A stretch of 64,000 nt of DNA. It comes from Escherichia coli. Its GTDB lineage: Bacteria > Pseudomonadota > Gammaproteobacteria > Enterobacterales > Enterobacteriaceae. Both the position numbers and the translations under genes were made by a program. Shown piece after piece: positions 28,467 through 38,906 of this stretch. Location: assembly GCF_003334255.1 (NCBI RefSeq), contig NZ_QOWU01000008.1, one strand, 5' to 3'. Below the pieces are notes generated by a model. That model was not told the origin of the DNA. It made no database searches and saw only the letters and a list, made by a program, of their open reading frames with translations. Position 1 is the first letter of the stretch, and each line of letters starts with the position of its first letter.

Positions 28467-29419
28467 CGCAGACTTCCGCATTTCATTTTGAATCGCTGGT
28501 GTGGGACTGGCCGATTGCCATCTACCTGTTTTTGATTGGTATTTCTGCTGGTCTGGTGACGCTGGCCGTGCTGTTACGTCGCTTCTACCCGCAGGCGGGC
28601 GGTGCAGACAGTACGTTGCTGCGCACCACGCTGATTGTCGGGCCGGGCGCGGTGATCCTCGGTCTGTTGATCCTCGTCTTCCACCTGACAAGACCGTGGA
28701 CCTTCTGGAAGCTGATGTTCCACTACAGTTTTACCTCGGTGATGTCGATGGGGGTGATGCTGTTTCAGCTCTACATGGTGGTGCTGGTGCTGTGGCTGGC
28801 GAAAATCTTTGAACATGATTTGCTTGCCCTGCAACAACGCTGGTTGCCGAAGCTGGGGATCGTGCAAAAGGTTCTGAGCCTGCTGACGCCCGTTCATCGC
28901 GGACTGGAAACATTGATGCTGGTGCTGGCGGTGTTGTTGGGGGCTTATACCGGCTTTCTGCTGTCGGCGCTGAAATCGTATCCGTTCCTCAATAACCCGA
29001 TCCTGCCGGTGCTGTTCCTCTTCTCCGGCATCTCGTCCGGTGCGGCGGTGGCGCTGATCGCCATGGCGATACGCCAACGCAGTAACCCGCATTCCACGGA
29101 AGCGCAGTTTGTACACCGTATGGAAATCCCTGTGGTATGGGGTGAAATCTTCCTGCTGGTGGCGTTTTTTGTCGGTCTGGCGCTGGGCGATGACGGTAAA
29201 GTTCGTGCGCTGGTGGCGGCATTAGGTGGCGGTTTCTGGACGTGGTGGTTCTGGCTTGGTGTCGCCGGGCTGGGGCTGATTGTGCCAATGCTGCTCAAAC
29301 CGTGGGTCAATCGCAGTTCCGGCATTCCTGCCGTGCTGGCGGCGTGTGGGGCCAGTCTGGTCGGCGTGTTGATGCTGCGCTTTTTCATTCTCTACGCCGG
29401 ACAGTTGACGGTGGCGTAA
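28463..29419 (+). CDS. nrfD: NrfD-family integral membrane quinol dehydrogenase subunit (318 aa)
   Basis: Polytopic membrane protein; 4-bp overlap with nrfC. Confidence 0.9.
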   Translation: MTQTSAFHFESLVWDWPIAIYLFLIGISAGLVTLAVLLRRFYPQAGGADSTLLRTTLIVGPGAVILGLLILVFHLTRPWTFWKLMFHYSFTSVMSMGVMLFQLYMVVLVLWLAKIFEHDLLALQQRWLPKLGIVQKVLSLLTPVHRGLETLMLVLAVLLGAYTGFLLSALKSYPFLNNPILPVLFLFSGISSGAAVALIAMAIRQRSNPHSTEAQFVHRMEIPVVWGEIFLLVAFFVGLALGDDGKVRALVAALGGGFWTWWFWLGVAGLGLIVPMLLKPWVNRSSGIPAVLAACGASLVGVLMLRFFILYAGQLTVA

Positions 29420-29474
29420 GCCAGAAAAGAGGTGGTTTCTGGACGTATTCCTTCCTGAAGTCGGTTTTCTGGCG

Positions 29475-31157
29475 TTGTTGTTAAGTCTCGGGGTCAACGT
29501 GTTGACCCCGTTGACGGCCTTCGCGGGAGTGCGGTTGCGCTGGCCTGCCATGATGCGACTCACTTGCATCGGCATTCTGGCGCAGTTCGCGCTCCTGCTG
29601 CTCGCCTTTGGCGTACTGACGTATTGTTTTCTCATCAGCGATTTCTCGGTCATTTATGTCGCGCAACATAGCTATAGCCTGCTGTCGTGGGAACTCAAGC
29701 TGGCAGCGGTGTGGGGCGGCCATGAAGGTTCGCTGCTGCTTTGGGTGCTGCTGCTTTCCGCCTGGAGCGCGCTGTTTGCCTGGCATTATCGGCAGCAAAC
29801 CGATCCGCTATTTCCGCTGACGTTAGCCGTTTTATCTCTCATGCTCGCCGCACTGCTACTGTTTGTGGTGCTGTGGTCCGATCCCTTCGTGCGGATATTT
29901 CCACCAGCAATCGAAGGCCGCGATCTCAATCCGATGCTGCAACATCCCGGTCTTATCTTTCATCCACCGCTGCTTTACCTTGGCTATGGCGGTTTGATGG
30001 TAGCGGCGAGCGTGGCGCTGGCGAGTCTACTGCGCGGCGAGTTTGATGGTGCCTGCGCCCGAATTTGCTGGCGCTGGGCGTTACCTGGCTGGAGTGCATT
30101 AACGGCGGGGATCATCCTCGGTTCCTGGTGGGCCTACTGCGAACTCGGCTGGGGCGGCTGGTGGTTCTGGGATCCGGTGGAAAACGCCTCTTTATTACCC
30201 TGGCTTTCTGCCACTGCGCTGCTGCACAGTTTGTCCCTGACACGCCAGCGGGGGATTTTTTGCCACTGGTCGCTGTTGCTGGCGATAGTTACTCTGATGC
30301 TGTCGCTGCTGGGCACCTTAATTGTCCGTTCTGGCATTCTGGTTTCGGTTCATGCGTTCGCGCTGGATAACGTCCGCGCCGTGCCGTTGTTCAGCCTGTT
30401 TGCACTGATTAGCCTTGCGTCTCTGGCTCTGTATGGCTGGCGAGCGCGGGACGGTGGCCCGGCGGTGCATTTTTCGGGGTTATCGCGGGAAATGTTAATC
30501 CTCGCTACGCTGTTGCTGTTTTGCGCAGTGCTACTGATCGTGCTGGTGGGAACGCTTTATCCGATGATTTACGGCCTGCTGGGCTGGGGACGCCTCTCCG
30601 TTGGCGCGCCGTATTTTAACCGCGCGACGTTACCGTTTGGTCTGTTGATGCTGGTGGTGATTGTGCTGGCGACGTTTGTCTCTGGCAAACGCGTGCAGCT
30701 TCCGGCGCTGGTAGCTCATGCGGGCGTGCTGTTATTTGCCGCTGGGGTCGTGGTCTCCAGCGTCAGCCGTCAGGAGATCAGCCTGAATTTACAGCCGGGT
30801 CAGCAGGTGACGCTGGCAGGATACACCTTCCGTTTTGAGTGCCTCGATCTACAAGCCAAAGGCAATTACACCAGCGAAAAAGCGATAGTGGCACTGTTTG
30901 ACCATCAGCAACGCATTGGTGAACTGACGCCGGAGCGGCGTTTTTATGAAGCACGCCGTCAACAAATGATGGAACCGTCAATTCGCTGGAACGGCATCCA
31001 TGACTGGTATGCGGTCATGGGGGAGAAAACTGGGCCGGATCGTTACGCTTTTCGTTTGTATGTACAAAGCGGTGTGCGCTGGATCTGGGGGGGAGGATTG
31101 TTGATGATTGCGGGCGCATTGTTAAGCGGATGGCGGGGGAAGAAGCGCGATGAATAA
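29475..31157 (+). CDS. nrfE: CcmF-like haem lyase for NrfA maturation (start codon uncertain)
   Basis: Large polytopic protein with the WWFWDPVENASLLPW tryptophan-rich haem-handling motif; track ORF starts at TTG. Confidence 0.85.
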   Translation: MLLSLGVNVLTPLTAFAGVRLRWPAMMRLTCIGILAQFALLLLAFGVLTYCFLISDFSVIYVAQHSYSLLSWELKLAAVWGGHEGSLLLWVLLLSAWSALFAWHYRQQTDPLFPLTLAVLSLMLAALLLFVVLWSDPFVRIFPPAIEGRDLNPMLQHPGLIFHPPLLYLGYGGLMVAASVALASLLRGEFDGACARICWRWALPGWSALTAGIILGSWWAYCELGWGGWWFWDPVENASLLPWLSATALLHSLSLTRQRGIFCHWSLLLAIVTLMLSLLGTLIVRSGILVSVHAFALDNVRAVPLFSLFALISLASLALYGWRARDGGPAVHFSGLSREMLILATLLLFCAVLLIVLVGTLYPMIYGLLGWGRLSVGAPYFNRATLPFGLLMLVVIVLATFVSGKRVQLPALVAHAGVLLFAAGVVVSSVSRQEISLNLQPGQQVTLAGYTFRFECLDLQAKGNYTSEKAIVALFDHQQRIGELTPERRFYEARRQQMMEPSIRWNGIHDWYAVMGEKTGPDRYAFRLYVQSGVRWIWGGGLLMIAGALLSGWRGKKRDE

Positions 31158-31533
31158 AGGGCTTCTCACGCTACTGCTGTTATTTACCTGTTTTGCGCAC
31201 GCTCAGGTCGTAGACACCTGGCAATTCGCCAATCCGCAACAACAGCAACAGGCGTTAAATATTGCCAGCCAGTTACGTTGTCCGCAGTGCCAGAATCAAA
31301 ACTTACTGGAATCCAACGCGCCGGTGGCTGTCAGTATGCGCCATCAGGTTTACAGCATGGTGGCGGAGGGGAAGAACGAAGTCGAAATCATTGGCTGGAT
31401 GACCGAACGCTACGGAGATTTTGTTCGCTATAACCCACCGTTAACGGGTCAGACGCTGGTGTTATGGGCGCTGCCAGTGGTGTTGTTACTGCTGATGGCA
31501 CTGATCCTCTGGCGAGTGAGGGCGAAGCGATGA
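31150..31533 (+). CDS. nrfF: CcmH-like thiol-disulfide protein NrfF (127 aa)
   Basis: Signal peptide and LRCPQC motif. Confidence 0.85.
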
Positions 31534-32126
31534 AACAGCCCAAAATACCGGTGAAAATGCTGACAACACTCACGATATTGATGGTATTTCTCTGTGTCGG
31601 CAGTTATCTGTTAAGCCCAAAATGGCAGGCGGTACGTGCGGAGTATCAGCGTCAGCGCGATCCGCTACATCAGTTTGCCAGCCAGCAAACCCCGGAAGCG
31701 CAGCTTCAGGCATTGCAGGATAAAATCCGCGCTAATCCACAAAACAGCGAACAGTGGGCGTTACTGGGCGAGTACTATCTGTGGCAAAACGATTACAGCA
31801 ATTCGTTGCTGGCGTACCGTCAGGCGTTGCAACTACGTGGTGAGAACGCTGAACTGTATGCGGCGCTGGCGACGGTGCTTTATTACCAGGCCAGCCAGCA
31901 TATGACCGCCCAGACTCGCGCAATGATCGACAAAGCCCTCGCGCTGGACAGTAATGAAATCACCGCCCTGATGCTGCTGGCTTCCGATGCGTTTATGCAG
32001 GCGAACTACGCGCAAGCCATCGAACTATGGCAAAAAGTGATGGATCTCAACTCACCGCGAGTTAACCGAACACAGCTGGTTGAGTCGATTAATATGGCGA
32101 AATTGTTGCAGCGGAGATTGGATTAA
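31530..32126 (+). CDS. nrfG: TPR-repeat haem-lyase accessory protein NrfG (198 aa)
   Basis: ORF 31464..32126 trimmed to [13 protein letters not shown]...; TPR-like repeats. Confidence 0.85.
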
Positions 32127-32467
32127 TCATCTGGTGATGAAGATTATGTCATTGAGCTGCATAAAAAATAATCGAATGAACATATGCCAAAAATAATCAC
32201 TAATCAGTATTATTGCAGATTAAACAAATAAAAATCTTTCCATAACAAATGGTTATTCATTAATCCTGCCATAAACTCGCGTTATTATGCATTAATGCAG
32301 CGAAAAGCTCTGTTGTTAAAGGGTTGCGCAACATACCGCGCAAATGATACTGATCATAAGCGTTAAAAAAATCTACAAACCAACGCAACACAATTCATGC
32401 CCTGGCAGTATGTCACGTTCTCGCGTTTCTGAACGGGGAACGGCGCTCCATTGAGGAAGTCATTCAT

Positions 32468-33781
32468 ATGAAAAATATAAAATTCAGCCTGGCCTGGCAG
32501 ATTCTGTTTGCTATGGTGCTGGGCATTCTCCTGGGAAGCTACCTGCACTACCATAGCGACAGCCGCGACTGGCTGGTCGTCAATTTGCTCTCTCCGGCGG
32601 GTGATATCTTCATCCATCTGATTAAAATGATTGTTGTGCCGATTGTGATCTCCACGCTGGTGGTGGGTATCGCGGGTGTTGGTGATGCCAAACAGCTCGG
32701 GCGTATTGGCGCGAAAACCATTATCTACTTCGAGGTGATCACCACCGTCGCCATCATTTTGGGGATCACTCTGGCGAACGTCTTCCAGCCCGGTGCCGGG
32801 GTGGATATGTCGCAGTTGGCGACCGTCGATATCTCGAAATATCAGAGCACTACGGAAGCGGTACAAAGCAGTTCCCACGGCATTATGGGCACGATTTTGT
32901 CGCTGGTGCCGACGAACATTGTGGCGTCGATGGCGAAAGGCGAAATGCTGCCGATCATCTTTTTCTCGGTGCTGTTTGGTCTGGGGCTTTCTTCCCTGCC
33001 CGCGACGCATCGTGAACCGCTGGTGACCGTGTTCCGCTCCATCTCTGAAACCATGTTTAAAGTGACTCACATGGTGATGCGTTATGCACCGGTGGGTGTG
33101 TTTGCGCTGATTGCGGTGACGGTGGCTAACTTTGGTTTCTCGTCTCTGTGGCCACTGGCGAAACTGGTGCTGCTGGTGCATTTCGCCATTCTGTTCTTCG
33201 CGCTGGTAGTGCTGGGAATTGTGGCGCGCCTGTGCGGGTTAAGCGTCTGGATCCTGATTCGTATTCTGAAAGATGAGCTGATTCTGGCGTACTCCACTGC
33301 CAGCTCTGAAAGCGTGCTGCCGCGAATTATTGAGAAGATGGAAGCCTACGGAGCACCGGCGTCGATCACCAGTTTCGTGGTGCCGACCGGTTACTCTTTT
33401 AACCTTGATGGTTCGACGCTGTATCAAAGTATTGCCGCTATCTTCATCGCGCAGTTGTATGGCATTGACCTGTCCATCTGGCAGGAAATCATTCTGGTGC
33501 TGACGCTGATGGTGACCTCGAAAGGGATTGCTGGCGTGCCTGGCGTGTCGTTTGTGGTGTTGCTGGCAACGCTGGGTAGCGTAGGTATTCCGCTGGAAGG
33601 TCTGGCGTTTATTGCTGGTGTTGACCGTATCCTCGACATGGCGCGTACTGCGCTGAACGTGGTGGGTAATGCGCTGGCGGTGCTGGTGATTGCCAAGTGG
33701 GAACACAAATTTGACCGTAAGAAAGCGCTGGCTTATGAGCGTGAAGTGCTGGGCAAATTTGATAAAACTGCGGATCAATAA
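32468..33781 (+). CDS. gltP: glutamate/aspartate:proton symporter, DAACS family (437 aa)
   Basis: Sodium:dicarboxylate symporter fold with GIAGVPG and NVVGNALAV motifs. Confidence 0.92.
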   Translation: MKNIKFSLAWQILFAMVLGILLGSYLHYHSDSRDWLVVNLLSPAGDIFIHLIKMIVVPIVISTLVVGIAGVGDAKQLGRIGAKTIIYFEVITTVAIILGITLANVFQPGAGVDMSQLATVDISKYQSTTEAVQSSSHGIMGTILSLVPTNIVASMAKGEMLPIIFFSVLFGLGLSSLPATHREPLVTVFRSISETMFKVTHMVMRYAPVGVFALIAVTVANFGFSSLWPLAKLVLLVHFAILFFALVVLGIVARLCGLSVWILIRILKDELILAYSTASSESVLPRIIEKMEAYGAPASITSFVVPTGYSFNLDGSTLYQSIAAIFIAQLYGIDLSIWQEIILVLTLMVTSKGIAGVPGVSFVVLLATLGSVGIPLEGLAFIAGVDRILDMARTALNVVGNALAVLVIAKWEHKFDRKKALAYEREVLGKFDKTADQ

Positions 33782-33814
33782 TTGAAGATTGCCGGGGATA
33801 TCCACCCGGCAATG

Positions 33815-34310
33815 TGTGAATGCCTGATGCGACGCTTGCCGCGTCTTATCAGGCCTACGCCAGACAGCGCAATAGCCTGATTTAGCGTGATTTTGTAGGT
33901 CGGATAAGGCGTTTATGCCGCATCCGACATCAACGCCTGATGCGACGCTTAACGCGTCTTATCAGGCCTACGCCAGACAGCGCAATAGCCTGATTTAGCG
34001 TGATTTTGTAGGTCGGATAAGGCGTTTACGCCGCATCCGACATCAACGCCTGCTGCGACGCTTGCCGCGTCTTATCAGGCCTACGCCAGACAGCGCAATA
34101 GCCTGATTTAGCGTGATTTTGTAGGTCGGATAAGGCGTTTATGCCGCATCCGACATCAACGCCTGATGCGACGCTTAACGCGTCTTATCAGGCCTACGCC
34201 AGACAGCGCAATAGCCTGATTTAGCGTGATTTTGTAGGTCGGATAAGGCGTTTACGCCGCATCCGACATCAATGCCTGATGCGACGCTTGCCGCGTCTTA
34301 TCAGGCCTAT
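33815..34310. repeat. REP/BIME cluster: about 4.5 tandem units of 113 bp, each holding two REP palindromes
   Basis: CGTCTTATCAGGCCTAC recurs at 33842, 33955, 34068, 34181 and 34294 (period 113 bp). Confidence 0.9.
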
Positions 34311-34311
34311 C

Positions 34312-35001
34312 TTAACCGTTGGTTAATTTTTCAAACTCTTCACACCCGGTATCAAACCCTTCCATACAGCTCAGGTTCAACCAGTGCAGCGCCTTTTGCT
34401 TGTTCTTCTCGATAAAACCTTCTTCACCGTTTAAGAACATCATTCCCGCCCAGTACTCGGAATAACCGGTTCGGGAAATTGCAGAGCTGCGTTTGAAATA
34501 CCAGGTTGCCTTGTCATCGTCGGCCTTAATGCCCACGCCGTTGGCGTAAATCAAACCAAGCAGCATTTGGGCATCGACGGCAGAGTCGTTCTCCAGATCT
34601 TCCGAGGCGTTTTCTAACAGCGAAATTGCCTTTGGATAATCCGGTTTACCCGCTTGAGTATTTACCAGAATATGCGCCAGCGTTACTTCACCTTCTTTAC
34701 TGCCCGCTTGCGCCGCTTTCTCTGCAAGAACTTTTGCTTGTGGATAGTCCAGACTGACCGGATTGGTGATTTTGATCTGCGCCAGCAGCGCGCAGGCATC
34801 AGCATCACCGCTGTCGGCGGCTTTCTGTGCCCAATATTCGGCTTTGCTCAAATCGCCGGAGCTAAACCAGCTGTCGGCAAGAAAATATTGTGCGCGTCGG
34901 TCCCCGGCCTCTGCTGCCTTTAAATACTGGCTGCCAGGCTCGGAGTCGTTGGCGTGGGCAAAGAATGTCAAAAACAACATCAATGCGATAATTTTTTTCA
35001 T
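34312..35001 (-). CDS. yjcO: Sel1/TPR-like repeat protein with signal peptide (229 aa)
   Basis: N-terminal MKKIIALMLFLTFFAHA signal and repeated AxxWxxKAAxxGxxxA Sel1-like motifs. Confidence 0.8.
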   Translation of the reverse strand: MKKIIALMLFLTFFAHANDSEPGSQYLKAAEAGDRRAQYFLADSWFSSGDLSKAEYWAQKAADSGDADACALLAQIKITNPVSLDYPQAKVLAEKAAQAGSKEGEVTLAHILVNTQAGKPDYPKAISLLENASEDLENDSAVDAQMLLGLIYANGVGIKADDDKATWYFKRSSAISRTGYSEYWAGMMFLNGEEGFIEKNKQKALHWLNLSCMEGFDTGCEEFEKLTNG

Positions 35002-35051
35002 TTTGATAATACGATTGGGTAGGGAGTAACCAGTATAAAGAGTTCGAATGG

Positions 35052-35080
35052 ATAAAAAAACAGCCTCCGAAAGGAGGCTG
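35052..35080 (-). terminator. rho-independent terminator of fdhF
   Basis: CAGCCTCCgaaaGGAGGCTG hairpin with a plus-strand A-run (T-run on the minus-strand transcript). Confidence 0.7.
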
Positions 35081-35094
35081 TAGAAAGGACGGTA

Positions 35095-37242
35095 TTACGC
35101 CAGTGCCGCTTCGCGCAGGCGAGTTTTCAACTTGTTGTACTCGTCAATCACGTACTGCTCGGCGGCGCGCTGATCGGCGATCGGCTCGACGCGAACGGCG
35201 CAGTATTTGTACTCCGGCGTTTTCGTAATCGGGCTTAAGTTTTCGGTAACCAGCTCGTTACAGGCACCAATCCACCACTGGTAGGTCATGTAAATCGCCC
35301 CTTTGTTCGGACGATCGCTGACCTGCGCACGGGTGATAATTTTGCCTTTACGCGAGTGCACCCAAACCAATGCCTCATCTTCAATACCCAGACGTTTGGC
35401 GTCTTCGGTATTGATTTGTGCGTAGCCAGGTTCATCAGCCAGCGCCGCCAGTGCCGCACAGTTACCGGTCATCGAACGGCAAGAGTAGTGACCAACTTCA
35501 CGCACCGTTGACAGTACCATCGGGTACTCGTCGGTGAGTTTGTCGATTGGCGCTACCCAGTCGCAGGTGAAGAACTGCGCCAGACCGTTCGGGGTATCAA
35601 ACTTCTCTTTAAACAGATAAGAAGTCCCCTGATCGGCATCTGAAGTATCGCGGCAAGGCCACTGAATGAAGCCCAGTTCGCCCATTTTCTCGTAAGTCGC
35701 ACCGTAGAAATCCGGGCACAGATGACGCAACTCATCCCAGATCTCCTGGGTGTTGTTGTAGTGCATCGGATAACCCATACGGGTGGCGATTTCACTGATG
35801 ATTTGCCAGTCCGTTTTCAGATCCCATTTCGGTTCAACCGCCTTGAAGAAACGCTGGAAGCCACGGTCAGCCGCAGTAAACACGCCTTCATGCTCGCCCC
35901 ACGACGTTGACGGTAAAATAACATCCGCCGCCGACGCGGTTTTGGTCATAAAGATGTCCTGAACGATAACCAGTTCCAGATCTTCAAAGGCTTTACGTAC
36001 TGCCGACAGCTCCGCGTCAGTTTGTAGCGGATCTTCGCCCATAATGTACGCGGCACGCACTTCGCCATGCGCTGCGCGGTGCGGCAGCTCGCTGATGCGA
36101 TAGCCGGTATGCGCTGGCAGGCTTTCCACGCCCCAGGCTTTGGCGAATTTCTCGCGGTTAGCCGGATCTTTCACGTACTGGTATCCCGGATACGTATCCG
36201 GCAGCGCGCCCATATCGCAGGCACCCTGAACGTTGTTCTGACCACGAACCGGGTTAACACCCGCATGCGGCTTACCGAGGTTACCGGTCAGCATCGCGAG
36301 GCTGGTCAGAGAACGCACGGTTTCCACGCCCTGGTAGAACTGGGTTACACCCATGCCCCACAGGATGGCGGCGCTTTTCGCCTGGGCATACATCCGTGCC
36401 GCCTGACGAATCTCACTGGCGCTGACGCCGGTGATATCTTCAACCGACTCCGGCGTGTAGCCTTCAACGATTTTACGATACTCTTCAAAGCCTTCTGTAC
36501 GTGAAGCGACGAACGCTTTGTCGTACAGATTTTCTTCAATAATGACATGGCCCATCGCATTCAACAGCGCGATGTTCGAGCCGTTTTTCAGTGCAATGTG
36601 CATGTCAGCAATGCGCGCGGTTTCAATTTTGCGCGGATCGCAGACGATAATTTTCGCCCCGTTACGTTTAGCGTTAATTACGTGATTCGCCACGATTGGG
36701 TGGGAATCCGCCGGGTTGTACCCGAAAACGAACACTAAATCGGTATTATCAATTTCGTTAATAGCATTGCTCATTGCGCCATTACCGACCGATTGGTGCA
36801 GACCTGCAACCGATGGGCCGTGTCAGACACGAGCGCAGCAGTCAACGTTATTGGTACCAATAACGGCGCGCGCAAATTTTTGCATTACATAGTTGGTTTC
36901 GTTACCCGTACCACGCGAGGAGCCGGTCGTCTGGATGGCATCCGGACCGTACTTCTCTTTGATGGCGCTCAGGCGCTCGGCAACGTAATTCAGTGCCTCA
37001 TCCCAGGAAACAGGTTCGAGTTTGCCGCCACGCTGGCGACGGATCATGGGGGTTTTCAGGCGCGGGGTCAGGATCTGGGTATCGTTAATGAAGTCCCAGC
37101 CATAATAACCCTTCAGACACAGGGTACCCTGGTTGGTTTTCCCCTGCGCTGCCTCCGCCCGGACGATTTTGCCGTTATCGACGACCAGGTTGATTTTGCA
37201 ACCTGATGCGCAATAGGGGCAAACCGTGACGACTTTTTTCAT
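35095..37242 (-). CDS. fdhF: formate dehydrogenase H, selenocysteine-containing molybdoenzyme (715 aa)
   Basis: Track ORFs 36823..37242 and 35095..36774 are one reading frame joined by TGA at 36823..36825; N-terminal Fe-S motif CPYCASGC; 2148 nt is 716 codons. Confidence 0.95.
36780..36822 (-). promoter_or_regulatory. SECIS recoding element directly 3' of the fdhF UGA codon (extent approximate)
   Basis: Bacterial SECIS lies immediately downstream of the Sec codon (established); the stretch after TGA is GC-rich and hairpin-prone. Confidence 0.65.
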
Positions 37243-37293
37243 CGGTCTCGCTCCAGTTAATCAAATCACGCATACGCGCTCTCGACTACAGTA

Positions 37294-37309
37294 TGCATCT
37301 TTTATGCCA
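37294..37309 (-). promoter_or_regulatory. sigma54 (-24/-12) promoter of fdhF: TGGCAT-N5-ATGCA
   Basis: Reverse complement of 37294..37309 is TGGCATAAAAGATGCA, about 50 bp upstream of the fdhF ATG; inverted TGACGAAA-type motifs at 37360..37410 are a candidate FhlA UAS. Confidence 0.7.
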
Positions 37310-37439
37310 CATTTTATGTGGGGTCATTCCCTGATATTACGGGCACTATTTATTCAAAACTCTGACGAAAAACAGGCTGTCGTCAGTTTTGACGTGACGA
37401 AACGAAATACCGCGTGACAGCCATCACGCGGCAGACATT

Positions 37440-38906
37440 TTATTTTTTCTCGACGACGGGACCTGCCTGATACCCGCCGCCCAGCGATTTCATCAACTGA
37501 ATGCTTTGGATCACCCGGCGGCTGTCCAGCATCAGTAATGACATCTCTTCGGCAAGCACTGGCAACCGGGCTTCGGTGGCCTGTAAGCGGCTGGTTAAGC
37601 CGCGCTGATAGGCGGCCTCGGCAGCGCGCTGGGTAAAGCGCGTGGCTTCCACGCGTTCAGCCTGCATTTCTCGCTCGTCGTTGAGCGTTTGCAGACGCGT
37701 GCCGTTGACGGCAACGTCACGCACCGCGTTCAGTACTGACTGGTTGTAACGTTCAATCATCATGTTGCTGGCGGCGCGCGTGCCTTCGAGATTGGCATTC
37801 AACCGTCCACCGTCAAACAGCGGCAATTTCAGACCCGGGATGAAGTTGAACTGGCGACTGGTTTTTTTGAATAAGGTATGCAGATGGATGGAGTCCAGAC
37901 CGAAAAACGCTTTGATATCAAAGCTCGGATAGAACAACGCCCGCGCGGAATCCACCTGATCTAATGACGCCTGAACATACCAGCGCATGGCTTGCAGATC
38001 CGGGCGTCTGGCGAGCAACTCATAAGAGAGTGTCGCCGGAATGCCGGTCTGGACTTGCGGTAATGCCACCGGTCTGATCTCCGGCATATCGCTGGCTCCC
38101 GCGCCAATCAATGCACGCAGAGATTCTCGCGTTTCGGTGATTTGCCCTTTGACGGCAACAATTTGTTTATCGACCGCCAGAATCTGTGCCCGCGCGCCGT
38201 GGAAAGGCACTTGCGCTTCCAGACCGTGCGCCACTTTACTCTGGTGCGCTTTCACCGCGTAATCAATCACATCGTGAGTTTGTTCTAACAGATCGAGCAT
38301 CTGATAGCTGGCCTGCATACTGTAATAAAGCTGCGCTACGCCCGTGGCCAGCGATAGCTCTACTGCTGCGGTTTCTGCCAGCGCGGCATTATGCGCGCCA
38401 ATGGCGGCGGCAACCGCTGAGCGATGCACACCCCACAAATCAAGATCCAGTCCGGCAAACAAACCTACTGTGGCTTCCGTATAGTACGGCCCGTCCATAC
38501 CCAGTGCTGGCGCATCCATTGAATAAGGGCTTAAAAAGCCGTTCGCCGAGACACGTTGGCGGTTGAGCATCCCTAACGCTGCGACCTGTAATTGTGAACC
38601 GGCATCTAACAAATCGGCCTGGGACTGCGCTTTTTCTTCCCGCAGTTTCGCTTCGGCGAGGGTGTGTGAACCACTTAGCGTCCGTTGGATCAGCGCATCC
38701 AGCTGCGGGTCATTGAGTTGTTTCCACCACTGCGCCTGCGGCCAGCCGGAGCTGGCAAGATGAATATCGTCGGCCAGTTTGATTTGTTCCGGTTTGAGCT
38801 GTTGATGAGGTGCAGAATCCTTACGTACCAGGGCACAGCCGGAAATCAGCGTCGTGCTGCCGAGAATGCTGCACAACAGCAGACGTGAAAGTTGACGATT
38901 GATCAT
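37440..38906 (-). CDS. mdtP: outer-membrane factor (TolC-like) of a tripartite efflux pump (488 aa)
   Basis: Lipoprotein signal (LISGCALV) and OMF-family repeats; last gene of the ytcA-mdtNOP cluster. Confidence 0.88.
   Translation of the reverse strand: MINRQLSRLLLCSILGSTTLISGCALVRKDSAPHQQLKPEQIKLADDIHLASSGWPQAQWWKQLNDPQLDALIQRTLSGSHTLAEAKLREEKAQSQADLLDAGSQLQVAALGMLNRQRVSANGFLSPYSMDAPALGMDGPYYTEATVGLFAGLDLDLWGVHRSAVAAAIGAHNAALAETAAVELSLATGVAQLYYSMQASYQMLDLLEQTHDVIDYAVKAHQSKVAHGLEAQVPFHGARAQILAVDKQIVAVKGQITETRESLRALIGAGASDMPEIRPVALPQVQTGIPATLSYELLARRPDLQAMRWYVQASLDQVDSARALFYPSFDIKAFFGLDSIHLHTLFKKTSRQFNFIPGLKLPLFDGGRLNANLEGTRAASNMMIERYNQSVLNAVRDVAVNGTRLQTLNDEREMQAERVEATRFTQRAAEAAYQRGLTSRLQATEARLPVLAEEMSLLMLDSRRVIQSIQLMKSLGGGYQAGPVVEKK

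Noticed and set aside
33815-34310. Regularly spaced repeats that could look like a CRISPR array
   Set aside because: The repeating unit is the whole 113-bp block with no unique spacers, and the units are classic REP palindromes (GCCTGATGCGACGC / GCCGGATAAGGCG). No cas genes are nearby.
35095-37242. fdhF split into two ORFs, suggesting a pseudogene
   Set aside because: Both ORFs are in the same frame separated by a single TGA; this is the well-known selenocysteine codon of formate dehydrogenase H.
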